A stretch of DNA of 64,000 nt, taken from the IMG/VR virus record IMGVR_UViG_3300042691_036107; one strand, 5' to 3'. Shown one piece after another: positions 35,595 to 46,276 of the stretch. The position numbers and the translations under genes are program-made. Origin of the DNA: an uncultured virus (IMG/VR IMGVR_UViG_3300042691_036107) (lineage: Duplodnaviria > Heunggongvirae > Uroviricota > Caudoviricetes). Below the pieces are notes generated by a model. The model was not told where the DNA came from. It was given only the letters and a program-made list of their open reading frames with translations, and did not search any database. The stretch's first letter is position 1. The number at the start of each line of letters is the position of its first letter.

Positions 35595-38057
35595 ATGGGA
35601 CGACGAGGCCGCAATCAGCCCCCCGAGCCGCTCATGTCGGTGGAGGAGGAAGACGAGCTGAACTTCCACGATGACGACGCCGACGTGTCGGACCTCAACA
35701 ACCCGGACATCGAAACGATGCCGGAACCACCATTGTTGACGGGGCGCGTGGCCCCATCGGACATCTACGGCGAGTCGGCAGATAGCTTTGGCCGGGCCAG
35801 TAGCCCCAAGCTCTACGCGCAGCAGGCCAACTTCCCGAACGCGATGCAGCTTCGGGTTTGGCGCTGGGAGAACGGCGTACCCGTCGCGATTGGTCCGATC
35901 GACGCGGAGGCGACGGAAGAGGATTTCGTTCGGCAGTTCTTCTCGGCCATGCCCAAGCCGGGCGAGGGGCGCTTCCAGTTCCGGCTCCGGCCCATCGACG
36001 TGCGCGGGCGCGAACTCGGGAAGGAGATCACGCTCAACATCAGCGAACACCATCAGATCTTGCGGCAGATCCGCGAAAGCAAGAAGCGGGAAGAGGAGGA
36101 GCGTATGAGCGGTGGCGGCTGGGGTGGGCGTGATCCCTTGATCATCAACCAAGGTGGTCATGACCCGGCGGCGTCGTCGGCGGTCGACGAGATGGGCCGC
36201 ATGTTCGAGATGGCCGTCGAGAAGGCAGATCAGCGTACCGAGCTGCTCCAGCGCGAACTCGAAGAGCAGCGTGAACGTCTGCGTCAGGAAGAGACGTACC
36301 GCGTGCAGGAGCGCATTGCGACGGCAGAGAAGGCGACCAACGTCGTCGAGAAGCTCACCGATCGGCTCATGACGACGGACCGTCAGCGCGCAGAAGAAGT
36401 GCTGAGCGCGCAGCGCGAGCAGAGTCAGATGATGGTCAGCACGCTGACGACCGTGTTCTCGCAGCAACAGCAAGCAGCTCGGGAGGCAGCGGAGCGCCAG
36501 CGTGATCTCGACGCGCGCAAGGCCGAACAGGACCGGGAGTTCTACGAGCGCCAGCGCCGGGCGTCGGAGGACGAGCGCAAGCGGGAGCGCGACGAGTTCG
36601 AGCGCAAGCAGGCGATGGAGCGGGAGGAGCAGCGCGCGAAGATGGAGCGCGAGAGGATGGAGTCCGATCGGCAGCGCGAGCTGATGCGGGAGGAACGCGA
36701 GAAGTGGCGGCAGGAGCTGGAGGAGAAGCGCCGCCTCGAACGGGAGGAGTGGGAGCGCAAGATGTTGCTGGAACGCGAAGATCGGGAGCGCCGCGAGCGG
36801 AACGATCGGGAGCGTTTCGAGCGGGAGAAGCTGGAGATCCAGACGCGGCTCGAACGGGAGAAGATCGAGGCCGAGGCGCGGCGTGAGGCTGCCCGCCGGG
36901 AAGACGAGGCGCGCGATCGTGCACGCCGGGAAGAAGCCGAGCGGCGCGAACAGCAGCGGCGGGACGAGCTGTTGCTCCAGCAGAAGCAGCTCGACGTGGC
37001 GGCTCAGCGCGATCGTGAGCACGCAGAACGCATGATGGAGATGGCACGTCTGGAGCGTGAAGCCCAGCGGGAAGCCCAGCTCCAGCGGGAGAAGTCCGAG
37101 CGCGAAGCGCGCGAGGCCGCCGACAAGGAACGGCAGCGTCAGCACGAGCTGGCTCTCCGGGACATGGAGATGAGCCGCGAACGGGACCGTGAGCATCAGG
37201 AGCGTATGCTCCAGTTGTCCCGGATCCAGAACACCGGTGGCTTCGGCGCGATGACGGACATGCTCGGGATGGAGACGCCCGAGCTGTTGGCGCGTATCTT
37301 CGGGGGCGGTGGCGGTGAAGGGGGCGGCGGCTGGGCCGACGCGATCCCGAAGGTGCTCAGCTCCATCGCCGACATCGGCAAGGTGGCGCTGACCCAGCAA
37401 GGCGCGAGCGCAGGCCAGCAGCACGGACGCCGTGCGATCTCGGATCGCGGAGGCGAGAAGGTCGTGACGATCCAGACGCCGCAAGGCCCGAAGACGGTTC
37501 CGGTGTCGGCGCTCGCGGGCATCCAGCAGGTTCAGACGAGCGGCATTCCGCCGGTTCGGCCTGCCGCACGTCCGCAGGCGCCGCAGATGGATCTGCCCGA
37601 GCAGGGCTTCGTCCCGCCGGGTAGCGCCGACGAGGACGACGAGGAGACGCAGGTGATCGAGACGGCGCTCGCGGAGAGCGAAGAGTCGGTCGCGCCCAGC
37701 CCCTTCCAGGAAGCCCTGGAGGTCAACACGCTGAAGCGGGCGAAGGACGCTGGGATGCCTCTGCTGAAGCAGAAGAAGGCGCGGAAGGCCGTTCGGGCGC
37801 TCGTCGATCGTCTCGCGAAGGAGCCCGAGGAGTCCTGGGATGGCATCGTGACCGAAGCGATCACGACGGAAGCCAGCATCTTCGACTACATCCGGGCGGT
37901 CACCGTGTACGTCGCGCTCGCGGAAGGTGGCGCGGACGAGAACCTCGCCACGCGCGTCGTGACGGCGCTCAAGGCGTCTGGGCTGATCCCGGAAGGTGTC
38001 ATCCCGTATGACGAAGCTGACCTGGCGCGTCTCGGCTCTGCCGGCCGGGAGGAATGA
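35595..38057 (+). CDS. long E/R-rich coiled-coil protein
   Basis: AGGAGG RBS; >300 aa charged helical stretch. Confidence 0.8.
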   Translation: MGRRGRNQPPEPLMSVEEEDELNFHDDDADVSDLNNPDIETMPEPPLLTGRVAPSDIYGESADSFGRASSPKLYAQQANFPNAMQLRVWRWENGVPVAIGPIDAEATEEDFVRQFFSAMPKPGEGRFQFRLRPIDVRGRELGKEITLNISEHHQILRQIRESKKREEEERMSGGGWGGRDPLIINQGGHDPAASSAVDEMGRMFEMAVEKADQRTELLQRELEEQRERLRQEETYRVQERIATAEKATNVVEKLTDRLMTTDRQRAEEVLSAQREQSQMMVSTLTTVFSQQQQAAREAAERQRDLDARKAEQDREFYERQRRASEDERKRERDEFERKQAMEREEQRAKMERERMESDRQRELMREEREKWRQELEEKRRLEREEWERKMLLEREDRERRERNDRERFEREKLEIQTRLEREKIEAEARREAARREDEARDRARREEAERREQQRRDELLLQQKQLDVAAQRDREHAERMMEMARLEREAQREAQLQREKSEREAREAADKERQRQHELALRDMEMSRERDREHQERMLQLSRIQNTGGFGAMTDMLGMETPELLARIFGGGGGEGGGGWADAIPKVLSSIADIGKVALTQQGASAGQQHGRRAISDRGGEKVVTIQTPQGPKTVPVSALAGIQQVQTSGIPPVRPAARPQAPQMDLPEQGFVPPGSADEDDEETQVIETALAESEESVAPSPFQEALEVNTLKRAKDAGMPLLKQKKARKAVRALVDRLAKEPEESWDGIVTEAITTEASIFDYIRAVTVYVALAEGGADENLATRVVTALKASGLIPEGVIPYDEADLARLGSAGREE

Positions 38058-38716
38058 TGAAGATCAAGTTCGAGGGTTCTCTCGCGGAGTTCCAAGCCCT
38101 GTTCCTCGGAGGGAAGGCCCCGACCAGTCAGTCGGTTCCCGCGCAGACGGCTCAATCGGTTCCTACGACGTTGACCGAATCGTGGGATTACCCCAAGGAC
38201 ACGCACTTCCCGGACACGATGCCGTCGCATCACGGGGCGCGTTCTGGCCTCTATTCGTTCAACGAGACGGAGCCGGTGCTGCCGCCCGAGAGCGCACTGA
38301 TGGCGTCGCTCTCGACGGGACCGGCGCCGTCCGTGCCGACTTCGCTTCCGCCGATCGACCCGGATACGCGCAAGAAGGCCTGGATGATGTTCGTCGATAC
38401 GATCCGTCAGTGGGTCGTGGGCTTCGAGGAAGAGGGAGCCAGTCAGTCTGATCGGCAGCAGCTCATGCAGGATCTCGGGTCAGGGCCATGGCCGATCCCC
38501 ATCCTGATCATGGCCTACGAGATCGGGTCGCTTCAGCGGCTCGTGCAGTGCGCGCTTCGTGTGATCGATGATGTTCGGGCTGACGATCTCGACTTCTGTG
38601 ATCGACTCGCCGCGCACATGATTCCCGTCAGCAACTCGGGCTTCCCCGACTTGGCCGGGACCTATGACTTCTCGACCCGTTGGCGGCGCGTCGCGCCGGA
38701 TTGGAGGACTCCGTGA
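38054..38716 (+). CDS. hypothetical protein
   Basis: ATGA coupling. Confidence 0.65.
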   Translation: MMKIKFEGSLAEFQALFLGGKAPTSQSVPAQTAQSVPTTLTESWDYPKDTHFPDTMPSHHGARSGLYSFNETEPVLPPESALMASLSTGPAPSVPTSLPPIDPDTRKKAWMMFVDTIRQWVVGFEEEGASQSDRQQLMQDLGSGPWPIPILIMAYEIGSLQRLVQCALRVIDDVRADDLDFCDRLAAHMIPVSNSGFPDLAGTYDFSTRWRRVAPDWRTP

Positions 38717-39186
38717 GCAACCAGAGCTTCGAGTACGAATGCGCCCTGACGGGCTTGACCGCATCGTCGGCGCAGCCCGATCCGGCGGAGCAGGTGAACG
38801 ATGGCCTTGGCGACCTGCCGATCGGCTGGACGCGTATCCAGATCTCGCGCCGGCGGTTGAACCCGCGCTGGACCATGATGCAGCAGGTCAAGGCTGGCAT
38901 GGTCGAAGGCATCTGCCAGCAGTTCCCGCCCGAGGTAGCGGAGATGCAGCGGTTTGCCGTCACCGTTCAGGTCGACGCGCAGTTCCACTCGCTGGAGAGC
39001 GCTACGCCCATGTACGTCGCGGACGTGGATGACGTAGTGTTCATCTCTGATTCCGGCGAGGTCATCGAGTCGATCAACGAGCTGCGCGCTCTGATCGGCC
39101 TCGAACCGGTGCGGGCGATCGAGATGAGCGACGATGACGAAGAGGATGCGGAGGACGAAGAGGACGAAGAGGAGGACGACGACTAG
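38713..39186 (+). CDS. hypothetical protein with acidic tail
   Basis: GGAGG RBS; D/E tail. Confidence 0.7.
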   Translation: MSNQSFEYECALTGLTASSAQPDPAEQVNDGLGDLPIGWTRIQISRRRLNPRWTMMQQVKAGMVEGICQQFPPEVAEMQRFAVTVQVDAQFHSLESATPMYVADVDDVVFISDSGEVIESINELRALIGLEPVRAIEMSDDDEEDAEDEEDEEEDDD

Positions 39187-39695
39187 GCCCTGCGGTCTAC
39201 CCCGAGCTGCGCCGCGACCCACTCGTGACCGCGGTGCAGCCGGGTTCGTACTGTGATCTCGTTCAGTCCGAGTTGATGTCGGATCTCGTGCGGCGTCATG
39301 CGTTGAACGTAGGTCATACGGAACACGTCTCGATACGCCAGGGGCATCTGAGGAAGTAGCTTCTCGACGGCATGAGCGGCTTGCTTTGCCTGCACAATCC
39401 GTTCCGGCGTCTGAGCTTCGATCGGCTTCACGAGGTCACCATGATGATCGAGAAGACGAAGACGGCTGTTGTTGTCTCTGATCACCTTGAACGCCGTGTT
39501 GCGCGTCGTGACGATCAGCCAGGCGCGGGCATTGAAGTCAGCTCGACAGAACCGAGGTTCCTGCAGTGCCTTGATGGCGACGTTCTGGCACACGTCCTCG
39601 GCCTGTTCTCGGTTCCTGAGAATCTGGACTGCGACCCGGAACATGCGCGGGAGATTTGAGTAGAGAACTGCTTCCAGGGTTTCCGCACGGCTCAT
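39183..39695 (-). CDS. ECF-type sigma-70 factor
   Basis: AEDVCQNVAIKA, FNARAWLIVTTRN, region-4 TPHEIRHQLGLNEITVRTRLHRG. Confidence 0.8.
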   Translation of the reverse strand: MSRAETLEAVLYSNLPRMFRVAVQILRNREQAEDVCQNVAIKALQEPRFCRADFNARAWLIVTTRNTAFKVIRDNNSRLRLLDHHGDLVKPIEAQTPERIVQAKQAAHAVEKLLPQMPLAYRDVFRMTYVQRMTPHEIRHQLGLNEITVRTRLHRGHEWVAAQLGVDRRA

Positions 39696-39782
39696 CGTGT
39701 AGCACCGCGATCGAAGAGGGGAGTCGGGCGGGACCGCCGAGACAGAGTACAGTGTAGGGCAGTCAAGGCGGGAGCGCCAGCA

Positions 39783-40802
39783 ATGTCGAAGCTCAACCGG
39801 CCGTCTGAGGCGCTCGTTAATGTTCCGCGGGCGAAGTCCATTGTACGCCATCTTCGGACCCATGCCGTGCCTCTCGGTACACAACCGGCCAAGGTCTATC
39901 ACCTGCCGAACTGGGCGAACCTGACGCACCCGCAGCGTCTTGCTGTGATCCGGCGTATTGCGCTCAGCCGAGGGCGAGACCCGCACATCGCGAAGCTCGC
40001 GGTGTCGATCCTTCGCAAGTCAGGGGCTCAACCGCGCGAGTATGAGAAGCAGGCAGCGGCGCTGCTCCGTTGGATCCAGGACCCAGCGAACTTCTACTAC
40101 GTCAACGAACCCGGAGAACGCCTGCAGGACCCGCTCGTCACGATCAAGTTCAAGACGGGCGACTGCGACGATGCAGCGCTCCTGCTCTGTGCGCTCTTCG
40201 AGTCGCTCGGTCTGCCATGGCGTCTTGTCCTGTCCGGGCGAAACACGGTGACCAAGGAGAAGATCCGGTTCATCGAAGGGGACACGATTCCGTCTGATTG
40301 CGTCTGGACGCACATCTACTGCATGGTTGGGACGCCGCCGTTTCAGCCGACCAAGTGGTTCTTCTGCGAACCTACCGTGCGCGGCGTTCCGCTCGGCTGG
40401 GACGTGGTGAGCGGGGACCATAGCTATCTCCCTGAGATGCTGAAGTCCGGGAAGAAGGGACCTCCGGTCCTGATGCTTCCTCGGAAGGCCCCGGTTGGCT
40501 TCCGGGCGCAACGGCCTGTGGGCGACCCGAGCCCGGCGTACGAGATGGCGCTCGCAGGACCTGATCTGCCTCTTCGGCCGAACAACGGCCAGATCGGGGC
40601 TTCCGTCGGGGCTTCTGTCGCGGAGGCAGCGAGCCGTCCGGGCGCGCTGGACTGGGCGCGGATCGGGCAAGCTGTCGTCACCGGCGTTGCTGTCTCGGTT
40701 ACCACGCAGCTTCTGCTCGACTGGGTGAACGGGCGCGGCATGTGGGAAGGGTCCGGGCACCTCCTGCAACGGATGCACTACGCGATCGTGGGAGACAACT
40801 GA
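39783..40802 (+). CDS. transglutaminase-like (papain-fold) cysteine protease candidate
   Basis: GDCDDAALLLCAL, THIYC; C-terminal hydrophobic segment. Confidence 0.75.
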   Translation: MSKLNRPSEALVNVPRAKSIVRHLRTHAVPLGTQPAKVYHLPNWANLTHPQRLAVIRRIALSRGRDPHIAKLAVSILRKSGAQPREYEKQAAALLRWIQDPANFYYVNEPGERLQDPLVTIKFKTGDCDDAALLLCALFESLGLPWRLVLSGRNTVTKEKIRFIEGDTIPSDCVWTHIYCMVGTPPFQPTKWFFCEPTVRGVPLGWDVVSGDHSYLPEMLKSGKKGPPVLMLPRKAPVGFRAQRPVGDPSPAYEMALAGPDLPLRPNNGQIGASVGASVAEAASRPGALDWARIGQAVVTGVAVSVTTQLLLDWVNGRGMWEGSGHLLQRMHYAIVGDN

Positions 40803-43800
40803 TGCGCGCCCCTCGTCCGCCTCGCCCACCGCGGAAGGCTCGTCACCGTCAGGCCCGACGCAACCCGCCGATCCAGTCGGCGAACTTCCCGCAGACGCCT
40901 GCAGAGAAGCTCGTGGCTTCGTCTGCTCGTTCCGTGGCGCTTTTCCCGTTCAACCCGAAGGCGATTGCCTGGGCGGCTCGCGCATACGAGCTGGAGTTCG
41001 AGCACGCGAAGTACATGGAGAACGTGCGGAATTTTCTACGTGGTGTTCGTCAGGAAGACCTGCTTCAGCACGCGGATTGGGAACAGCAGCTCCTCAACTT
41101 CCCCGCGCTGACGCCCGCACTTGCAGGTTCCATCGGCCTCGACGCTGAAATGAAGGCTGTGTCGCCGCTGCCGAGCTACGGCTTGCTCGCCGGTGAAGGT
41201 CTGCCTGACGACTTCGAGCCGCTCGGTCCTTCGTCTGTGTCGAAGAGCGTGCGGTTCCGTCAGCGCATCATCGAGTTGGACGAGATGCTGAGCCACCCCG
41301 GCGGGCCTCGCATGAAGGTCATCGGGCACGTCGCCGACGGGGCCGTGCCTGTGGTCTTCGCCGCGTCTGGTCTCTCGGACGATCCAGGCGGGACGGCGCT
41401 CTACCCCTTCGAGTGGCGGGAGACGACGCGTTACGCAGCGTCCGAGGCTGACCGCAACCTGACCGGAGGTTTCTGGCACGACTTCGTGTTGATGCTCCTC
41501 CGTACAGGCGCTTGGAACGGCGTTGGCCCCGAACCGCACTGGTCTCGTACGGCGAGCGATCCCGTGCTCTGGATCGCGTTGCCAGAAGACCCGATCGACG
41601 AAGAGACGGGCGAGCAGATGGCTGCGACGGACAAGTTCATCAAGACCTTGTGCGTCGAGAAGGATGGCGTGCTCGACGCGCCGTCGCCGATGTTGTTGCG
41701 TCTGATTCGTGATGCCGCAGAAGACCTCGCGCGTCGTGCAGATCCGTTGCGCCTGCTGCTTCCTGCCGTCATGCAGGGGTTGCAGCGGCTGAATGCCAAG
41801 GAAGAAGCGGCTGAAGTGCTGGACGCGGAGAAGCGTCTGCGCGTGGCGAGTCAGTTGGCCGAAGCACGACTGGTCTTGAACTCGATCTTCGCGACGCGTC
41901 CTGAGCTGGCGAACATGACGGAGCGTGTGCAGGTCGAGAACCCGTTCGAGGGTCCGCCGATCTTCTTCGAGGGCTTCTCGAAACACACGGAGCTGCGGGA
42001 GACGCGCTCGCCGTTTTCGCGTGGAGAGCTGATTTCGCCAGATCGGGCATGGCGCACGGAAGTACGTTCCCGCAAGGATTACGGCGAGAAGCTCTACATC
42101 TACGTAGAGGGTGCGGGTCTCGTACGTGTCGACCGGAAGCAGATCGACGAGAACGGCGTGACCTATCAGATCACGCCAGCCTCGGCCGAGGCGCAGGGTC
42201 GCGCGCTGCTCGTGTTCTGGGAGCGCGCGCGTCAGGCGCAGGAGACGACGGTCACGGCATCCCGGGATCTTGTGAAGTTCGTACGGGCGTACGTCGGTTC
42301 GCTCATCAACGAGCTGAGCACGGCGACCGACTTGCCGATGGCGTTCATCGCGAACCCCGGCTGGCGGAAGTCCGAATCGGCGAAGGACAAGAAGGACGTT
42401 GTTCCTCGCTTCCTTCCGCTCGGGTCCAACGATGGGCAGACGCCGAGCTGGTACGGTGGGTCGCCGCTGTTGCGGCAGGTCCCGGCCAACCGATACGGCG
42501 CGTGTCGTGAGATCGGGGCCATTCTCCAGAAGCGTCTCGGGCTCCGGGGGCTTGTCGTGCGCCCGATGCTGCAGCTCGTGCGTATCGCGGAGGAGAGTAA
42601 GGACCTCCGCGAAACCCAGCCAGAGCTGATCTCCAGTATCCAGAAGGCGGACAAGAACTACCGGATGTCGCTCATCCAGGTCAGTCCGGGCCTGGCCACG
42701 AAGGCACTGATGATCAAGACGGTGGCGAAGCGCGGTCTCTCTGCGCGACCTGCCGTGACTTCGATCCCGCCGCAGAACGTGATCAAGGCCGGGTTCATCC
42801 TCTACGGGTGGGACGAAGAGCGGCAGGAGTACGGCCCGATCGGCGAGCCGTTGGTCCTGACGCGCGACAAGATGCGAGAAGTCGTACATCGCGCGAGCGC
42901 TCGTGCCCGGCAGCAGCACGCCGACTGGGAAGATCTGGTTGAGGAAGATCTGCCACAGACGAACTTCCCGTTGACGAGCAAGGCAGCCAAGGCGTTCGCT
43001 GCTGGGGAGCTGTCGCTGCTCGTGCTTCCAGAAGAGCGGGCGAAGGTGCTCGTCGGTCTGCCCCCGGGCGCGATGTTCCGGTCGGTGGTCGATGGCAAGC
43101 CGCTGTTCGTTCAGGTGCGCGGGCCGGTCACTTTCGACGAGATCGTGGCCCAGGAAGGCGGAATCCCTGCCTTGGCTGCCAGGTTCGGCATGAAGGGTGT
43201 CGTGTCGCAAGATCCAGACGAGGCGCTCCGGCAGTTCCTCGCTGCAGGGCCGCAGAACTGGGTGGCGATGTGGGCACTCGGGACCGAGTACGAGCCGGTC
43301 TGGGCCTTCGACGTGGCGCTTTCCGAAACGGAGCTGGGCGCGAGCGTCACAGGTGAGCCGGTCTACAACCCCATGCTGGCCCTGCGCGCGTATGCCGCGC
43401 ACAAGCTCGGGCTCCTGGATCTCGCAGCGTCTTGGCTTCCGAAGGATCAGCTCGCGCGGGCAAGCAAGGGCCAGGAGGGCGTGTCGTTGCCCCTCCCGTT
43501 CAAGCTGTTCGTGGCACTTCAGGTCGATCGGACCGATCTCAAGTTCCGTGAGCCGGCGTTCCGCAACTTGAAGCCTTGGGAGCCGGTAGTCGGGGGCCGA
43601 CAGGGTGTCGTGCTCGCGGAGATGCCGCTGCCGAAGTCGGCAGGCTCGAACATCCCGCTCATCATGGCGCTTGAAGAGCTGTTGTCCGACCGGAACGAGC
43701 CGCAAGGGTTTGTACCCGAGCCTCTTCCGAAGTCGACGATCCGCACCTTGATGCCCTCGCTGTTCCAGCTCTCCGGCGATTTCGCAGTTATTCGGCGTCG

Positions 43801-45487
43801 GATCAACATCTTCGCGCCGTCGATGGTCGTCAAGACGGAGATGTTCGATCGCGTTCTGGCCAAGTTGATCAAGAAGGCACGCGGAGAGGACGAAGAGGAG
43901 GCGAACAAGGTCGAGCTGACAGCAGAGGAAATGACGCAGCTTCGCACGGAGGCCTACTTCGGCTTGCTGCTGAACGGGTTGTCCGGCGCGGCTGCGGGCG
44001 GGCGTCCGCCGTCCATCGTCGGAGGCGGGCAAGAAGCCCTGCTCGCGCACGGAGGCGTTGGCGGTCGCGCGAAGACGGTCGGCGCTCAGCACTACAGCCC
44101 GTCGGCGTCGCAGAAGATCTGGGCCATCCGCGGCGCAGGTTCATTCGGGAGCACCTACGGTTTCGTGCGGCGTCTGGTCGAGCAGATCGGCGTTGTCACG
44201 GCCGAAATGCGGACGGACAAGGTTCCTGTGTTGGACCGCCAGGAGATGGAAGTCCTGTTCGCACGCCTGGGTATCGAGATCGAGAACTGGCAGGACACCG
44301 ATGAGGTGCTGTCTGCACTCGAACAGGTGAAGAAGGCCCTCTCGTCGGGCGAGCAGGCGCGCTACCAGCACAAGGTTGAGATGGGCCGCCTTCTCGAAGA
44401 TGCAGAGATGCCGGAAGACGTGCGGGGCTATCTCGACGAGATGGCCAAGCTCAACCCGCGAAAGGCTCGGCGGAACCCGGTCTCTGACATCGAAGCCGTG
44501 GTCGAGTACGTTCAAGACACGAAGAGTGGGGAGAAGCGGCAGCGCGCGGAAGGCGCGCTCGCTTCGGTCTCGGGGGTCGCTCAACGTCCGTTGACCTTCG
44601 ACGAGATCAACGCGTTGTTCCCGCGCAAGGGATCGCTCACGCCCGACACGTGGAACGCCACGGACCGGGTTCGTCAGGCTCTCACAGTCTACGACCCGAT
44701 TCGCCGTGTCGGGCGTCCTCCTGAAACAATCCGTGAGGCCGGTCGAGCCGCGCAGGACGTGATCGAGCCTGCCGCGATGGATTGGGCACGCGCGGAAGCC
44801 GAGCTGTCTCTCGATGAGGCGCTCGACATCATCGGCAAGCAGCGTGCTTCACGCCAGATGGCCCGCGCGATTCCGGCGTCTGCCGCGATCGCGCAGTTGC
44901 ACCGGAAGAAGCGTCTTCGAGATTATCGGCCTCCCATCAACCTCTTCGCTCACGGCCGAGATCAGGACGTGATCTTGTGGATGTCTCCAGATCAGTCTAC
45001 TGACGCCCGAGTCATCACGTACCGGCGGGGCGATCACATCGACGCAGACTTGCAGTCGCGCAACCCGCAAGATCTGCCCGAACTGCTCGGGCGTGCGATT
45101 CAGGCGTCCATGATCTGGCTGGCTGAGAAGGACACGCGGACCAAGCGGCGTCAGCTCTGGGTCGGTCGCATCGGCTTCCCGCACCTCGCGTTGGTCTGGA
45201 AGCCCGGGGATCCGCTGACGATCGATAACATCACGCGAAAGATCGAGACGCTCCTGAAGCGGGATGCGAAGGGCGATACCGCGCGCGTCTACAACAGGGA
45301 AGAGGACATGCAGAAGGACGTGCTGAACTTCCGAGCTGCATCCTACTCTCCGCTGCGCCAGAACGAAGAGCCTCCGCTGGCCCCAACGTCTTCTGCTCCT
45401 CCTCTTGCGTTGGAGGCCGGCGCTTCGTCTTCGGCGGGACCGACTTCGTTGTCCGCGGCCTGGGGAGATGACGACGACTTCAAGTAG
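40802..45487 (+). CDS. large hypothetical protein (~1560 aa) with RRNP motifs
   Basis: Long ORF; ARRNP at N-terminus and internally. Confidence 0.8.
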   Translation: MRAPRPPRPPRKARHRQARRNPPIQSANFPQTPAEKLVASSARSVALFPFNPKAIAWAARAYELEFEHAKYMENVRNFLRGVRQEDLLQHADWEQQLLNFPALTPALAGSIGLDAEMKAVSPLPSYGLLAGEGLPDDFEPLGPSSVSKSVRFRQRIIELDEMLSHPGGPRMKVIGHVADGAVPVVFAASGLSDDPGGTALYPFEWRETTRYAASEADRNLTGGFWHDFVLMLLRTGAWNGVGPEPHWSRTASDPVLWIALPEDPIDEETGEQMAATDKFIKTLCVEKDGVLDAPSPMLLRLIRDAAEDLARRADPLRLLLPAVMQGLQRLNAKEEAAEVLDAEKRLRVASQLAEARLVLNSIFATRPELANMTERVQVENPFEGPPIFFEGFSKHTELRETRSPFSRGELISPDRAWRTEVRSRKDYGEKLYIYVEGAGLVRVDRKQIDENGVTYQITPASAEAQGRALLVFWERARQAQETTVTASRDLVKFVRAYVGSLINELSTATDLPMAFIANPGWRKSESAKDKKDVVPRFLPLGSNDGQTPSWYGGSPLLRQVPANRYGACREIGAILQKRLGLRGLVVRPMLQLVRIAEESKDLRETQPELISSIQKADKNYRMSLIQVSPGLATKALMIKTVAKRGLSARPAVTSIPPQNVIKAGFILYGWDEERQEYGPIGEPLVLTRDKMREVVHRASARARQQHADWEDLVEEDLPQTNFPLTSKAAKAFAAGELSLLVLPEERAKVLVGLPPGAMFRSVVDGKPLFVQVRGPVTFDEIVAQEGGIPALAARFGMKGVVSQDPDEALRQFLAAGPQNWVAMWALGTEYEPVWAFDVALSETELGASVTGEPVYNPMLALRAYAAHKLGLLDLAASWLPKDQLARASKGQEGVSLPLPFKLFVALQVDRTDLKFREPAFRNLKPWEPVVGGRQGVVLAEMPLPKSAGSNIPLIMALEELLSDRNEPQGFVPEPLPKSTIRTLMPSLFQLSGDFAVIRRRINIFAPSMVVKTEMFDRVLAKLIKKARGEDEEEANKVELTAEEMTQLRTEAYFGLLLNGLSGAAAGGRPPSIVGGGQEALLAHGGVGGRAKTVGAQHYSPSASQKIWAIRGAGSFGSTYGFVRRLVEQIGVVTAEMRTDKVPVLDRQEMEVLFARLGIEIENWQDTDEVLSALEQVKKALSSGEQARYQHKVEMGRLLEDAEMPEDVRGYLDEMAKLNPRKARRNPVSDIEAVVEYVQDTKSGEKRQRAEGALASVSGVAQRPLTFDEINALFPRKGSLTPDTWNATDRVRQALTVYDPIRRVGRPPETIREAGRAAQDVIEPAAMDWARAEAELSLDEALDIIGKQRASRQMARAIPASAAIAQLHRKKRLRDYRPPINLFAHGRDQDVILWMSPDQSTDARVITYRRGDHIDADLQSRNPQDLPELLGRAIQASMIWLAEKDTRTKRRQLWVGRIGFPHLALVWKPGDPLTIDNITRKIETLLKRDAKGDTARVYNREEDMQKDVLNFRAASYSPLRQNEEPPLAPTSSAPPLALEAGASSSAGPTSLSAAWGDDDDFK

Positions 45488-45547
45488 TCGCCCGTGACGC
45501 GCTCGAATCAGAGCGTTACGTCATCTGGCGAAAGACGGAGTTGTCGG

Positions 45548-45913
45548 ATGTCTGATCTGCTGTTCGAGCACTCGCTGACGGACCGTGCGATCGAGGTCGC
45601 CTACGGTCGCGCGATCAAGGCCCAGGAAGACGGCTGGATCGGCTTCGCGCAAGCCGGTATGCGGGCTGCGCGAGCGCGTGATCCGAAGCTGCTCAAGGCC
45701 CTCGAACGCATGGCCGAGAGTACGTACAACCTCCAGGAAGAGCAGATCGGCCGGTTCATGCGTGATCCCAGCTCGACCTACGCTGAGTCGCGCGGCACGA
45801 CCGAGCATCAGCTCTGTCGCGAAGCGTTCCGGCTCTGCGATGAGGGGAACCCGATCGAGAACTTGTGCTGGATCTACGGCGCTGCCGCGTGGCTTTGTGG
45901 TTTTATCTACTAG
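45548..45913 (+). CDS. hypothetical protein
   Basis: GGAG RBS. Confidence 0.6.
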   Translation: MSDLLFEHSLTDRAIEVAYGRAIKAQEDGWIGFAQAGMRAARARDPKLLKALERMAESTYNLQEEQIGRFMRDPSSTYAESRGTTEHQLCREAFRLCDEGNPIENLCWIYGAAAWLCGFIY

Positions 45914-45915
45914 CC

Positions 45916-46185
45916 ATGCCTATTGGACCTTCGTCATTCTGGGATCTTGACGAGGACGGGTTGGGCGTTCTCGAACTCGTGCTGCGCCGGACGGCCAACG
46001 AGTTGATGTCCAGCCTCAATCAGAGGCAACAGAACCTGACGCACCCGTCTGTCGAAGCCGTGTTGACGGAGATCAGACAGCAAGCGGCGGAAGCCTCGGT
46101 CATCGGCGACTTCGAGCGTATGGGGCGCCTCAGCGAGTTGGGCGTCGAACTGATCGAGACGTACGAAGCACGGCGCGGGTTCTGA
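45916..46185 (+). CDS. hypothetical protein
   Basis: Follows previous ORF. Confidence 0.55.
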   Translation: MPIGPSSFWDLDEDGLGVLELVLRRTANELMSSLNQRQQNLTHPSVEAVLTEIRQQAAEASVIGDFERMGRLSELGVELIETYEARRGF

Positions 46186-46276
46186 GCAGATAGCACTCCA
46201 TCTGAAGTATGGATCTTTCCCTGCACGCTGGGATCAAGGTAGACAGATCGAGGGGATCTCTGTCCCCGGAGGTCCG

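Noticed and set aside
41036..44092. Long minus-strand ORFs (also 11233-13167, 15888-17627, 35451-37484, 1062-2786)
   Set aside because: Antisense shadows of GC3-biased + strand genes; no motifs or RBS.
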